Shown here piece after piece: positions 18,332 to 26,916 of a stretch of 64,000 nucleotides of DNA. Position 1 is the stretch's first letter; each line of letters opens with the position of its first letter. A model generated the notes under the pieces. It had not been told where the DNA came from. It did no database searches and saw nothing but the letters and a program-made list of their open reading frames with translations. The position numbers and the translations under genes were made by a program. The DNA lies in the NCBI GenBank assembly GCA_002788675.1, contig PFRS01000001.1, forward strand, positions 15,009 to 79,008. The letters are read 5' to 3'. This DNA is from Candidatus Pacebacteria bacterium CG_4_9_14_0_2_um_filter_40_15 (GTDB taxonomy: Bacteria > Patescibacteriota > Microgenomatia > UBA1400 > PJMF01).

Positions 18332-18487
18332 TGAACTCTCTACTTATCATTACAAAGTCATATCTGGCAATTATACCAAATTAGCACCACAATTGTATCA
18401 TATGAAATCAAGAAGTAGTGAGGATATATTGATTTATAGGGTATAATTTAAGTGATATAATAAAAAACTTGTAAAATACAAAAAAAT

Positions 18488-19066
18488 ATGAAAATTTACT
18501 TCACAACATCTGCAAGAGGAGATGAAGTCATTTACTCAAATTCATTGAATATCTATAAAAAAATTAATGACTTAAACCACATACATGTTGATAATTTCTT
18601 TGAAGATATGAACGTCTCGAAGGTCTATTCTGACAATTATGAGGATAAGAAAAAACGATTTATAGATGCAACGAAAAATATCAGAGATGCAGAAATCATT
18701 ATTTTAGAGGTATCAACACATAGTTTATCAATGGGATATTTATTAAAGATGGCGCTCGAAAGTGGAAAGCCTGTAATTCTGCTACATACTCAAAATAAAC
18801 CACCTGCATTTGCTGAAGGCATTGATAATAGTAAACTTCAAATATGGGAATATTCACCAGAAGATATAAAATTTATTTTAACTGACGCAATTGATGCTGC
18901 AAAAAATGAAATAGATGTACGCTTTAACATACTCCTTACATCAGAACTATATGATTACATAAATCAACAAGCTAAAAATTCAAATATCAGTAAGTCTGCA
19001 TTCATAAGAGATTTAATTAACAACAATAAAAATAAAGACCTAGCAGCGGCATACAAAATAGAGTAA
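18488..19066 (+). CDS. Second NDT-like plus RHH protein (paralog of 16724-17287)
   Basis: MKIYFTTS...AEIIILEVS..SLSMGY...KPVILL...KLQIWEY...DVRFNILL...SKSAFIRDLI. Confidence 0.7.
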   Translation: MKIYFTTSARGDEVIYSNSLNIYKKINDLNHIHVDNFFEDMNVSKVYSDNYEDKKKRFIDATKNIRDAEIIILEVSTHSLSMGYLLKMALESGKPVILLHTQNKPPAFAEGIDNSKLQIWEYSPEDIKFILTDAIDAAKNEIDVRFNILLTSELYDYINQQAKNSNISKSAFIRDLINNNKNKDLAAAYKIE

Positions 19067-19116
19067 AATTGAAAGTAGAGAAGAGCAGAAATTTAGTAGG
19101 ACTGAGCGGAATTTTT

Positions 19117-19653
19117 ATGCAACACAGTGATTATCAAAAAAACTCACAGAATGGCTTTACTTTAATCGAGCTACTTATCGTGACTGCGCTGATGGTAATT
19201 CTCACACTCACTGTTTCAGCAATGTTCATGACGTTCATGGTTACTAATGCTCGCACAAATACAAAGAATACTCTCAAGGTTGAAGGTTCGTATGCATTGT
19301 CGCAAATTGAATTTATGCTACGAAATTCATACAAGTTAGTTGAAAATTCTGATACACAAGTGTGTCAAGGTAATATGGACCGCATTGCACTTGAATCTAT
19401 TGATGGAGGACAAACGGAGTTTTTCCTTGATACATCCGTAACGCCACCAAAGATTGCCTCAAACAGTGGTACCTATTTAACTTCTGATACTGTTCAAGTC
19501 GCTAACTTACAGTTTGATTGTTCCGAAAGATATAGTGGTGAACGATCAGTAACAATTGATTTTGACCTCAGCAAAGTTGTTCCATCAATTTCCAATACCA
19601 CTAGTGAAGAATCGTCACAACACTTCTCATCGGTTGTCTCACTGCGCAACTAA
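19117..19653 (+). CDS. Minor prepilin (PilW-like), opposite strand to the rest of the cluster
   Basis: GFTLIELLI class III signal. Confidence 0.85.
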   Translation: MQHSDYQKNSQNGFTLIELLIVTALMVILTLTVSAMFMTFMVTNARTNTKNTLKVEGSYALSQIEFMLRNSYKLVENSDTQVCQGNMDRIALESIDGGQTEFFLDTSVTPPKIASNSGTYLTSDTVQVANLQFDCSERYSGERSVTIDFDLSKVVPSISNTTSEESSQHFSSVVSLRN

Positions 19654-19677
19654 TGTAAGAAAAAAGCAACATACTTT

Positions 19678-20172
19678 TTACTGTCTGGTGAAATCTTTAA
19701 ATGTCTGTGTAACCTTTACATCACTCGTAACACCCGATTTACGCTCCCAGCTTACCGTAATTTCGGCTGAGACGTCAGGACTCGCTCCAGATTGTTTTGT
19801 TAATACAACAGAACGATTAAAATCAAGATTAGACTCGGTTACTATGCACAAATTTTGATTCGTGGTAAGTTCAGTCAGTGAAGACATTCCTGTGGGCATA
19901 CAGAATGTTCCTGGAGTAATCGAATCATGGAACGTTATCCATCCCAAATTACCTCGCTCTGAACGAAGTGTCTCCATTCCTTGTTGAGCCAAAACAGTTG
20001 CAATTTCACGATACCGAGCTTCAGAATTGTTTTTTACTGAGCTGGAAACACCGGCTGCAACAGCAGTTACCACGGTTCCCACAATCATGGTAGCAATAAG
20101 AAGTTCAATAAGCGTTGAACCCTTTTTAAAATTTTTCCGTTGTTTCTTAAGAAATTTTTTAATTATAAGCAT
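19678..20172 (-). CDS. Minor prepilin (PilV-like)
   Basis: GSTLIELLI; A..LAQQGMETLR; VSW motif. Confidence 0.85.
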   Translation of the reverse strand: MLIIKKFLKKQRKNFKKGSTLIELLIATMIVGTVVTAVAAGVSSSVKNNSEARYREIATVLAQQGMETLRSERGNLGWITFHDSITPGTFCMPTGMSSLTELTTNQNLCIVTESNLDFNRSVVLTKQSGASPDVSAEITVSWERKSGVTSDVKVTQTFKDFTRQ

Positions 20173-20687
20173 GTGGTACTTCCTGAACTAACTACAAAAC
20201 AACCTTCAGAAATTTCACCTGAATCTTTTACTTCAAATGCGTAATAGGTATTATTTCCTTCAATGTGAATAAAGTTGCTTGCTGGTGACGTCACCAAAGC
20301 AGAACCTGTGAGGGTATAGAATGTAATGTCCATTGCTGTTACTGTCACGCCAGATTGTATTTCGTATACATCTCTATTTTGACCTTCTGTAAGTGAAAAT
20401 TTACTTGTTCCACACAGAATCTTACTCTCAAGAGAAGTTCCATTCGTTTTAACTTTGTAGCCTTGCAACACACATCCTGCTTGGTTTGGATTGTCGCGGA
20501 CGCGCGCGCGCGTCCGCGCACTCTCCAGCTGCTGTTTAACTTCACTCATCGTATTCGCCACATTTTGACGATCATTAAATTTAAAAAATCCAGCAATACT
20601 CCCACCAAAAAGCACCAGCATAATTGAAACTGTAATAATCATTTCAATCAGGGTAAGACCAGATTGAGATTGTTTCGGCGTTAACAT
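20163..20687 (-). CDS. Minor prepilin (FimT/FimU-like)
   Basis: GLTLIEMII; LESARTRA. Confidence 0.85.
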   Translation of the reverse strand: MLTPKQSQSGLTLIEMIITVSIMLVLFGGSIAGFFKFNDRQNVANTMSEVKQQLESARTRARVRDNPNQAGCVLQGYKVKTNGTSLESKILCGTSKFSLTEGQNRDVYEIQSGVTVTAMDITFYTLTGSALVTSPASNFIHIEGNNTYYAFEVKDSGEISEGCFVVSSGSTTCL

Positions 20688-20726
20688 AGCGAGCAGGCTT
20701 TCATACCGTTTTATACTGGTAAAATC

Positions 20727-21152
20727 TTAAGGATTCGACACACAGTACCCATTTGTAGGTGCTGAACATCCAGATGCTCCTCCAGCATTTGCTGAATTTT
20801 CCATCGAGGCGCATACACAAAAGTCAGATCCCGCTGAAGAATAAGAATACACATTTGGCGCAGTTCCTTTAGGATCAGTTGGTGCAGGGGACGTTAGGTA
20901 ATCCAGATCGATGAGTCTTGTTGTCATAGTTCCATATACTGAACCAGTTGGGTAGCTTCCTAAGTCTGCACGATATAAAACCAATCCTTGGCGAACGGTC
21001 TCTAGATCTGCTTTGCGTTTTGCATCTCGAGAATTTCTACCTGCACTTTGGAAACTCACTAAGCCAATTGTTGTGAGCACAATAATTATTGTTGCCACAA
21101 CAAGGAGTTCAATTAAACTAAAACCTGATGATTGTGAATATTTTTTTAGCAT
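20727..21152 (-). CDS. Type IV pilin / GspG-like pseudopilin
   Basis: GFSLIELLVV, RDAKRKADL, PTDP, C-terminal Cys pairs. Confidence 0.9.
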   Translation of the reverse strand: MLKKYSQSSGFSLIELLVVATIIIVLTTIGLVSFQSAGRNSRDAKRKADLETVRQGLVLYRADLGSYPTGSVYGTMTTRLIDLDYLTSPAPTDPKGTAPNVYSYSSAGSDFCVCASMENSANAGGASGCSAPTNGYCVSNP

Positions 21153-21162
21153 AAAAACGTCC

Positions 21163-21597
21163 TTATTGTTGGTTCACCACACAGTAATAACTACCAGCCG
21201 TACCTAGACCAGCGCAGGATCCATTAGTTGCATTTCCATTTGTGTTACCGGATGGTTCAAGTTGGGCACACACACAGTAGGTATTCGCGACCGCATTCGA
21301 AACACATGGGTATGCCGCACCACTTTTGGGATCTGTTGGCAGCGAGCTACCTGGAAGTGAAGAAGCCATAGTACTGCAGTTTGCAGCATAGTTACTGCTT
21401 GTGGCTGCATAGTATTGTTCGAAGGATTTAGAGATTGAATTTACATCTCCCTGACGCTTAGCATTACGTGCCTTTTGCTGGGCAGTGGTAAATGCAGCCG
21501 CGCTAATTGCGATAAGAATACCAATAATTGAAATAACGACCAATAATTCTAGGAGTGTAAATCCTAAAGATGTTTTTTTTCTGTGCAAAATGTGCAT
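21163..21597 (-). CDS. Type IV pilin / GspG-like pseudopilin (paralog of neighbour)
   Basis: GFTLLELLVV, RNAKRQGD, LPTDP, YCVCA; start at ATG 21597. Confidence 0.9.
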   Translation of the reverse strand: MHILHRKKTSLGFTLLELLVVISIIGILIAISAAAFTTAQQKARNAKRQGDVNSISKSFEQYYAATSSNYAANCSTMASSLPGSSLPTDPKSGAAYPCVSNAVANTYCVCAQLEPSGNTNGNATNGSCAGLGTAGSYYCVVNQQ

Positions 21598-21655
21598 ATT
21601 CTTCCTTTTATATCTAATCCTCATTCTAGGCAGAGTACTGCCTAAAAGCAAGCTG

Positions 21656-22612
21656 CTACTGTATTGTTACTTTTACTTTACTCACTTCTGTGACTGCCGA
21701 TTCGATTCCCCAGTTATCAACTAGGGTCAGCGTAGCTGTAAATTCACATTTAGGTTGAGTGCAGGCATACTTGTGCATCATAGTTCCTGTATCGGTGGTT
21801 AACGAATCTTTTGCTCCATCTCCATAGTCGATAGCTGCGGTGACTGTGTTACCTTTCCCAGGATCACTTACATATGAGAACTCAATTGTCTCTCCTTTAT
21901 TCACTGCAAGTGCTCTAGTTTGAAAATCATAAAATGGACTGGTAGTAAAAGAGAGCACAAGTGGACGAGTCACACACTGGGAGTAACAACTCTTTTCGCA
22001 TCCAGCTAAACCACTAATGGTACTACCTACACCTTTTTCTGCCACACCATCACAACAAAAATAGCCGTAGCCCGTACAGGAAGTCACTGGACCGTTGTCA
22101 AAGTCATTAATCGAGAAATCCTCAATCAGAGTACCGGCTGACGCTGCAACCGTTGCTGATCGGGTAATAAAGGTAGGTTCAAAAAAGAGCCAACTGGCAA
22201 AAAGATCTTCAACGTCTCTAAACACTTCAAGCTCAACTGCACTTTGTTCTGGTGAAAGGGTAAATCCTGACCCACCCTGTTTTTTGGTCACAAATGGAGG
22301 CAGTACTTTTTTATTAAGCAAAACTGGATCGATAGAGTTCTGCACACAGTTAACTTCAAGTACGTACTCTGTGTCACTAATGAACCTAAGCTGCAATGTT
22401 GGGTTTGTACCAGTAACATTTTCTGACAGTCCTTTTGCACGACAGCTACTGGCAGTGGTTCCTTTATGAGAAACTAAGACTAATTCAGCAATCGATTTTT
22501 TTAAGGTATGGGTTGCAGTCAAAAGTAAAGCTTCTCGTGCAACGAGAAACACACCAACAACAAGGAGTAACAGTAGAAAGGTATACTTAGCAAAAAAAGC
22601 TAAAATGCGCAT
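21656..22612 (-). CDS. Membrane-anchored Cys-rich protein with C-terminal PKD-like domain
   Basis: N-terminal TM; IDYGDG...HKY...ATLTLVD PKD pattern. Confidence 0.65.
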   Translation of the reverse strand: MRILAFFAKYTFLLLLLVVGVFLVAREALLLTATHTLKKSIAELVLVSHKGTTASSCRAKGLSENVTGTNPTLQLRFISDTEYVLEVNCVQNSIDPVLLNKKVLPPFVTKKQGGSGFTLSPEQSAVELEVFRDVEDLFASWLFFEPTFITRSATVAASAGTLIEDFSINDFDNGPVTSCTGYGYFCCDGVAEKGVGSTISGLAGCEKSCYSQCVTRPLVLSFTTSPFYDFQTRALAVNKGETIEFSYVSDPGKGNTVTAAIDYGDGAKDSLTTDTGTMMHKYACTQPKCEFTATLTLVDNWGIESAVTEVSKVKVTIQ

Positions 22613-22674
22613 ATTTATATAGTACTAGATATATATGGCACTTGTCACCCCTCTGAAAAGCAAAAACTCCGATC

Positions 22675-23493
22675 TCACAAAATAAAAGTAAGGTACCAGG
22701 CAAAAATTTCATGACCCCACAATAGGCCAATGACTGTACCAATAATCAAAAACGGACCAAAAGGAATTGGTTGCTTCATTTTCTTTTTTCCAACCAACAC
22801 AAATCCAATACCCACAACTGCTCCAACAATAAATGATGCAAACAATCCAATTATGAGCGAAGGCCAACCCATGAGCAGTGAAAGTGGTGCAATGAGCTTA
22901 ACATCCCCAAAGCCCAAACCTCTGCCTCGGGTAAAGTACCAGAGGGAAAAGAAAAAGAGCACAGCACCCACCATTCCCAGCACAGAATAGAGAAAATCGA
23001 GTGGCTGCATAATACCTGCCCAAAGTAATGCACCTTGATACACAACCACCAATGCCGATAATGCTATAACTGCTTTATCGGGAATTAAAAAAACCAGAAT
23101 ATCGGTAAAGAAAATTACAATCAGGATCGCTGCCACTGCCAGCCAGAAAAGTGGCTGCAGCACTACAAACGGTTCTTGGGTTAACTTAAAAAAGAGAGAA
23201 AAGCCAATATACCACCACAAAAAGAGCACACCTGTTAACCCCTCAACAATGGGATGAGAAATAGCTATTGCCTCTTTGCAGTGTCGGCATCGGCCACCTA
23301 AAACCAAGTATGAAAGTAATGGGATATTGTCATACCAGGCAATTGTTTTTCCACAAATATCGCAATGAGAGCGTCCAGTCACCCACGACTCATCTCGTAT
23401 GGATCTGACAATCACCACATTTAAAAAGCTACCAAAGACTATTCCAAGTAGAAATATAAAGAGAGCGGGTAACAAAAAAGTGAGCAATGCCAT
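22675..23493 (-). CDS. pilD: Prepilin peptidase
   Basis: GSFLNVV, RSHCDIC...CRHC, GFGDVKL, PFGPFL. Confidence 0.95.
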   Translation of the reverse strand: MALLTFLLPALFIFLLGIVFGSFLNVVIVRSIRDESWVTGRSHCDICGKTIAWYDNIPLLSYLVLGGRCRHCKEAIAISHPIVEGLTGVLFLWWYIGFSLFFKLTQEPFVVLQPLFWLAVAAILIVIFFTDILVFLIPDKAVIALSALVVVYQGALLWAGIMQPLDFLYSVLGMVGAVLFFFSLWYFTRGRGLGFGDVKLIAPLSLLMGWPSLIIGLFASFIVGAVVGIGFVLVGKKKMKQPIPFGPFLIIGTVIGLLWGHEIFAWYLTFIL

Positions 23494-23524
23494 GGCGAAT
23501 TTTAGTATAACACTAGGTTAGAGG

Positions 23525-23564
23525 AAAAGGAAAGAAAAGAGCCGCGGCGCTTTGCGCCGCGGCT
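23525..23564 (-). terminator. Terminator after major pilin gene
   Basis: GCCGCGGCGC-3nt-GCGCCGCGGC with T-rich tail on minus strand. Confidence 0.85.
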
Positions 23565-23600
23565 TCATATTTCAAATCTAACTTACATTTGACTGGTCTC

Positions 23601-24266
23601 TTATGGGAGACAGATCATCATAAGGGTTGGATCAGTCGCATATCCTCCACACACCTCATCTGCTATACCAGCCATGTCATTTGGTAAACCAGTTCCTGTT
23701 GCATCTTGGCAGCGAGTTTCAGCTTCCTGAACAAAAGCTCCAGATTGTGGAGTGAAACACACGTAGGTACTCGAACCTTGGGCCCCATCATTGTAAATAT
23801 ACAAAGGGTTAGCACCAGTATCAGTGACACGTGAAGTAAATGATTCTTTAACTTCAAGCGATCCTGTACATGCATCTGTTGCAGCAGCATCACCCGTTCC
23901 CAAACGAAGTAGCACTGAACAGTCATTAGCTGTTGCTGCAGCACCACCAACGAACCAAGCATCAGTCACCTGTAATGGGCCACCGGCGCCATCGTCGATA
24001 GTGTGATCATCGGTTGGGTTATACACCCATGGATAATATCCTTGGAAAGCGTTAAAACGGTCGATTGCACTAAGCAATTGTTCTGCATCAGAACGAGAGC
24101 CAGTGTCGCGACCACGGTTAATTTGTTCAACCGGATTAATTGCTGAAAGAACAGCAACTGCTAAAATACCTAAAATTGAGATCACGATCAACAGTTCGAT
24201 CATGGTAAAACCTGCGGCACTTCGAGCCGAGGCTAAAAATGAGTTGAGTCTTGTGGACAGTTTCAT
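23601..24266 (-). CDS. Probable major type IV pilin
   Basis: GFTMIELLIVISILGILAVAVLSAINP; stand-alone unit with own upstream gap and strong terminator. Confidence 0.85.
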   Translation of the reverse strand: MKLSTRLNSFLASARSAAGFTMIELLIVISILGILAVAVLSAINPVEQINRGRDTGSRSDAEQLLSAIDRFNAFQGYYPWVYNPTDDHTIDDGAGGPLQVTDAWFVGGAAATANDCSVLLRLGTGDAAATDACTGSLEVKESFTSRVTDTGANPLYIYNDGAQGSSTYVCFTPQSGAFVQEAETRCQDATGTGLPNDMAGIADEVCGGYATDPTLMMICLP

Positions 24267-24592
24267 ATGTTAGTACCTCTTACTACTTTCTTACTATATT
24301 TTCTTCATGTATTACTACGTACATCCACTTTATACTAAATTACTTGCTCTTGGCAAGTGGCATTCATTTAACCGAGCGCTAGTGTTCAGTGAACACCTAC
24401 ACACTGTGTATGCCTTCTAACATCGCTATTGGACATTAGCAGAACAAACTGTTGACTGCTAATTTTTAACAATACTTGTTTTACTTGCTAAATCAATCAT
24501 TTTTTTGATATATTTTGTTCGTATTAACTTCGGAAATGCTCACCTTTTGCTCCATTAAAAGTTATATTTTTTTTCACTTTCAAGCAAAAAAA

Positions 24593-25792
24593 TTAGAACT
24601 GACTGGTCAAGTTGTAAATTGGCATGATCACAGCAATAACCATTGCACCCACGCCCACGCCCAGTACCACCATAATCAGAGGTTCCATAGCGGCAGTCAA
24701 GTTTTTGACAGCTTGCTCTGCCTCTTGTTCAAAGTATTTTGAAAGTTTGAAGAGCACGTCGTCAAGTTTACCGGTTTCTTCACCAACGGCAATCATCTGC
24801 TGCAAGATAGGGGGGAACTCTTCATAGCGAGCAATAGACTGACTTAAAGAAACACCTTTTTCAACTTGCTTAGTTGCTTCTTTTAAAGCATCGCGATATA
24901 TTTCATTTTCGACACCTTCAGTCACAATTTCAAGCGCCTGAAGCAATGAAATACCCGAGCCCAACAAGAGAGAAAGTGTTCGAGAAAACTCAGTCAAAAT
25001 TGTCTTTTGACGTAAGATACCAAAAATTGGTACTCTCAAAACAAAACGATCCCATTGTTTTCGACCGATTGGTGTTTTTTTCCAGCGATTAAAGAGCATA
25101 AATCCACCAAAAGCACCACCTAAAACGAGGTACCAGAATTTGACCATGAAGTCAGAAATACCAATCAAAATCATTGTTGGAAGCGGGAGTTCTGCACCAA
25201 AGTCTCGGTACATTTCAGTCAGTTTTGGAATAACAAAGATCATCATGATGAATCCTACTGCAACCATTGCTGTAACCACGATGATTGGATAAATCATGGC
25301 ACCTTTGGTTTTTGCTCGGAATTCCTTTTGCTTTTCCATATTATCGGCAAGACGGTTAAGCACTTCATCAAGCACACCACCGGTTTCACCAGCTCTGACT
25401 AATTGAACATAGACTCGCGAAAAGACATCTTGTTTTTCAAGCGAAGAAGCAAACGTATTACCACCTTCAACATCCTGAAGCAGTACCGCCACCATACGAG
25501 ACATCTCAGACTTGCTTTGCCTAACAAGGATCGATAAGCCATTTGCCAAGGGGAGTCCTGCCGTAATCATTGTTGCGAGCTGACGAGTAAAATTAACAAT
25601 ATCATCTTGCTTCACACCAAAAAGCATATTACTAATTGCTGCAAATGATTGTTCTGTAAGAGGATTTAGCTTAATAACTAGTAAGCCACGACTCTGGAGT
25701 AGCGCAGCTGCTTGCTCAATTCCTTGAGATTCAACTTTTCCAGAGATATTTTCTCCGAACTGGTTTTTGGCAGTGTACTTAAAAAATGGCAT
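24593..25792 (-). CDS. pilC: Type IV pilus platform protein PilC (T2SS F family)
   Basis: FTRQLATMITAGLPL, AGETGG, GEETGKLD, EPLIMV...MPIY. Confidence 0.95.
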   Translation of the reverse strand: MPFFKYTAKNQFGENISGKVESQGIEQAAALLQSRGLLVIKLNPLTEQSFAAISNMLFGVKQDDIVNFTRQLATMITAGLPLANGLSILVRQSKSEMSRMVAVLLQDVEGGNTFASSLEKQDVFSRVYVQLVRAGETGGVLDEVLNRLADNMEKQKEFRAKTKGAMIYPIIVVTAMVAVGFIMMIFVIPKLTEMYRDFGAELPLPTMILIGISDFMVKFWYLVLGGAFGGFMLFNRWKKTPIGRKQWDRFVLRVPIFGILRQKTILTEFSRTLSLLLGSGISLLQALEIVTEGVENEIYRDALKEATKQVEKGVSLSQSIARYEEFPPILQQMIAVGEETGKLDDVLFKLSKYFEQEAEQAVKNLTAAMEPLIMVVLGVGVGAMVIAVIMPIYNLTSQF

Positions 25793-25813
25793 AGTTCCTA
25801 TCCTGAACGAATA

Positions 25814-26875
25814 CTACTTAGCTGAACCAAGTAATCGATCCAAGTCTTCCTTTCTGAAAGCATACTCACGTGCACTTGCTAGAGTAATCGCTCCTTGTTG
25901 TACAAGTTGCTGCAAATGAGTTTCAATCAACATCATACCGTCTCCAGCAGAAGTTTGCATAACGGTATCGATTTGATGTGTCTTAGCTTCACGAATTAAA
26001 TTGCGAATAGCTGGGTTGGCAACCATGATTTCGAGCGCGGCCACACGGCCACCGGATGTCTTTGGCAATAATCGCTGAGAAGCAACAACTTTAAGCGTTG
26101 CTGCCAGCTGCTGTCTAATCTGTCCTTGCTGATGAGCTGGAAACACGTCAATGATACGATCAATTGTTTGTGCTGCAGAAGCGGTATGCAGAGTTGCAAA
26201 CACTAAGTGACCTGTTTCAGCAATAGTAATAGCGGAGGCAATGGTTTCGTAGTCGCGCATTTCACCAATCAAAACAACATCTGGATCTTCACGCAGTACA
26301 GATTTAAGCGCGATATCCCAACCGTGGGTGTCTTGATTTATTTCTCGCTGAGAAATCACACTTTTTGCTGGGGTGTACATAAACTCGATTGGATCTTCGA
26401 TCGTGAGGATGTGTTCCGCACGAGTCTGATTAATTCGATCAATCATAGCAGCCAGCGAAGTTGATTTACCTTCACCAGTTGGACCAGTAATCAACACCAA
26501 ACCTTGCTTAAACATGGTAAAGTCTTTGAAAATTTCAGGCAAATGAAGATCCTCGAGAGACTTTACTTTACTCGGGATTAAACGTAACGCAGCAGCCATC
26601 GCATTTTTACTGTGGTAGACATTTACACGGAAACGACCATATTCCTTAAATTGATACCCAAAGTCTAGTTCTTTATTAACGCCAACATAATCTTTCTGTT
26701 CTTGCGTTAAAATTGGGTGTATCAACGCTTCACATTCCGCTGCGCCAAGAATTGGGGCATTGGGAACAGGGGAGAGCACGCCATCTACACGAATAGTAGG
26801 TGGGGTACCAACTGCGATGTGAATGTCAGAACCCTCTTGTTCGACAAGTGACTGCATGATGTCATGAATGTTCAT
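25814..26875 (-). CDS. pilT: Type IV pilus retraction ATPase PilT
   Basis: GPTGEGKS, TIEDPIE, LREDPD, AETGHLV, AIRNLIRE. Confidence 0.96.
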   Translation of the reverse strand: MNIHDIMQSLVEQEGSDIHIAVGTPPTIRVDGVLSPVPNAPILGAAECEALIHPILTQEQKDYVGVNKELDFGYQFKEYGRFRVNVYHSKNAMAAALRLIPSKVKSLEDLHLPEIFKDFTMFKQGLVLITGPTGEGKSTSLAAMIDRINQTRAEHILTIEDPIEFMYTPAKSVISQREINQDTHGWDIALKSVLREDPDVVLIGEMRDYETIASAITIAETGHLVFATLHTASAAQTIDRIIDVFPAHQQGQIRQQLAATLKVVASQRLLPKTSGGRVAALEIMVANPAIRNLIREAKTHQIDTVMQTSAGDGMMLIETHLQQLVQQGAITLASAREYAFRKEDLDRLLGSAK

Positions 26876-26916
26876 AGAGCTCCTTTACTGCTTCGATTCT
26901 CTCATGTTTGCGCACC

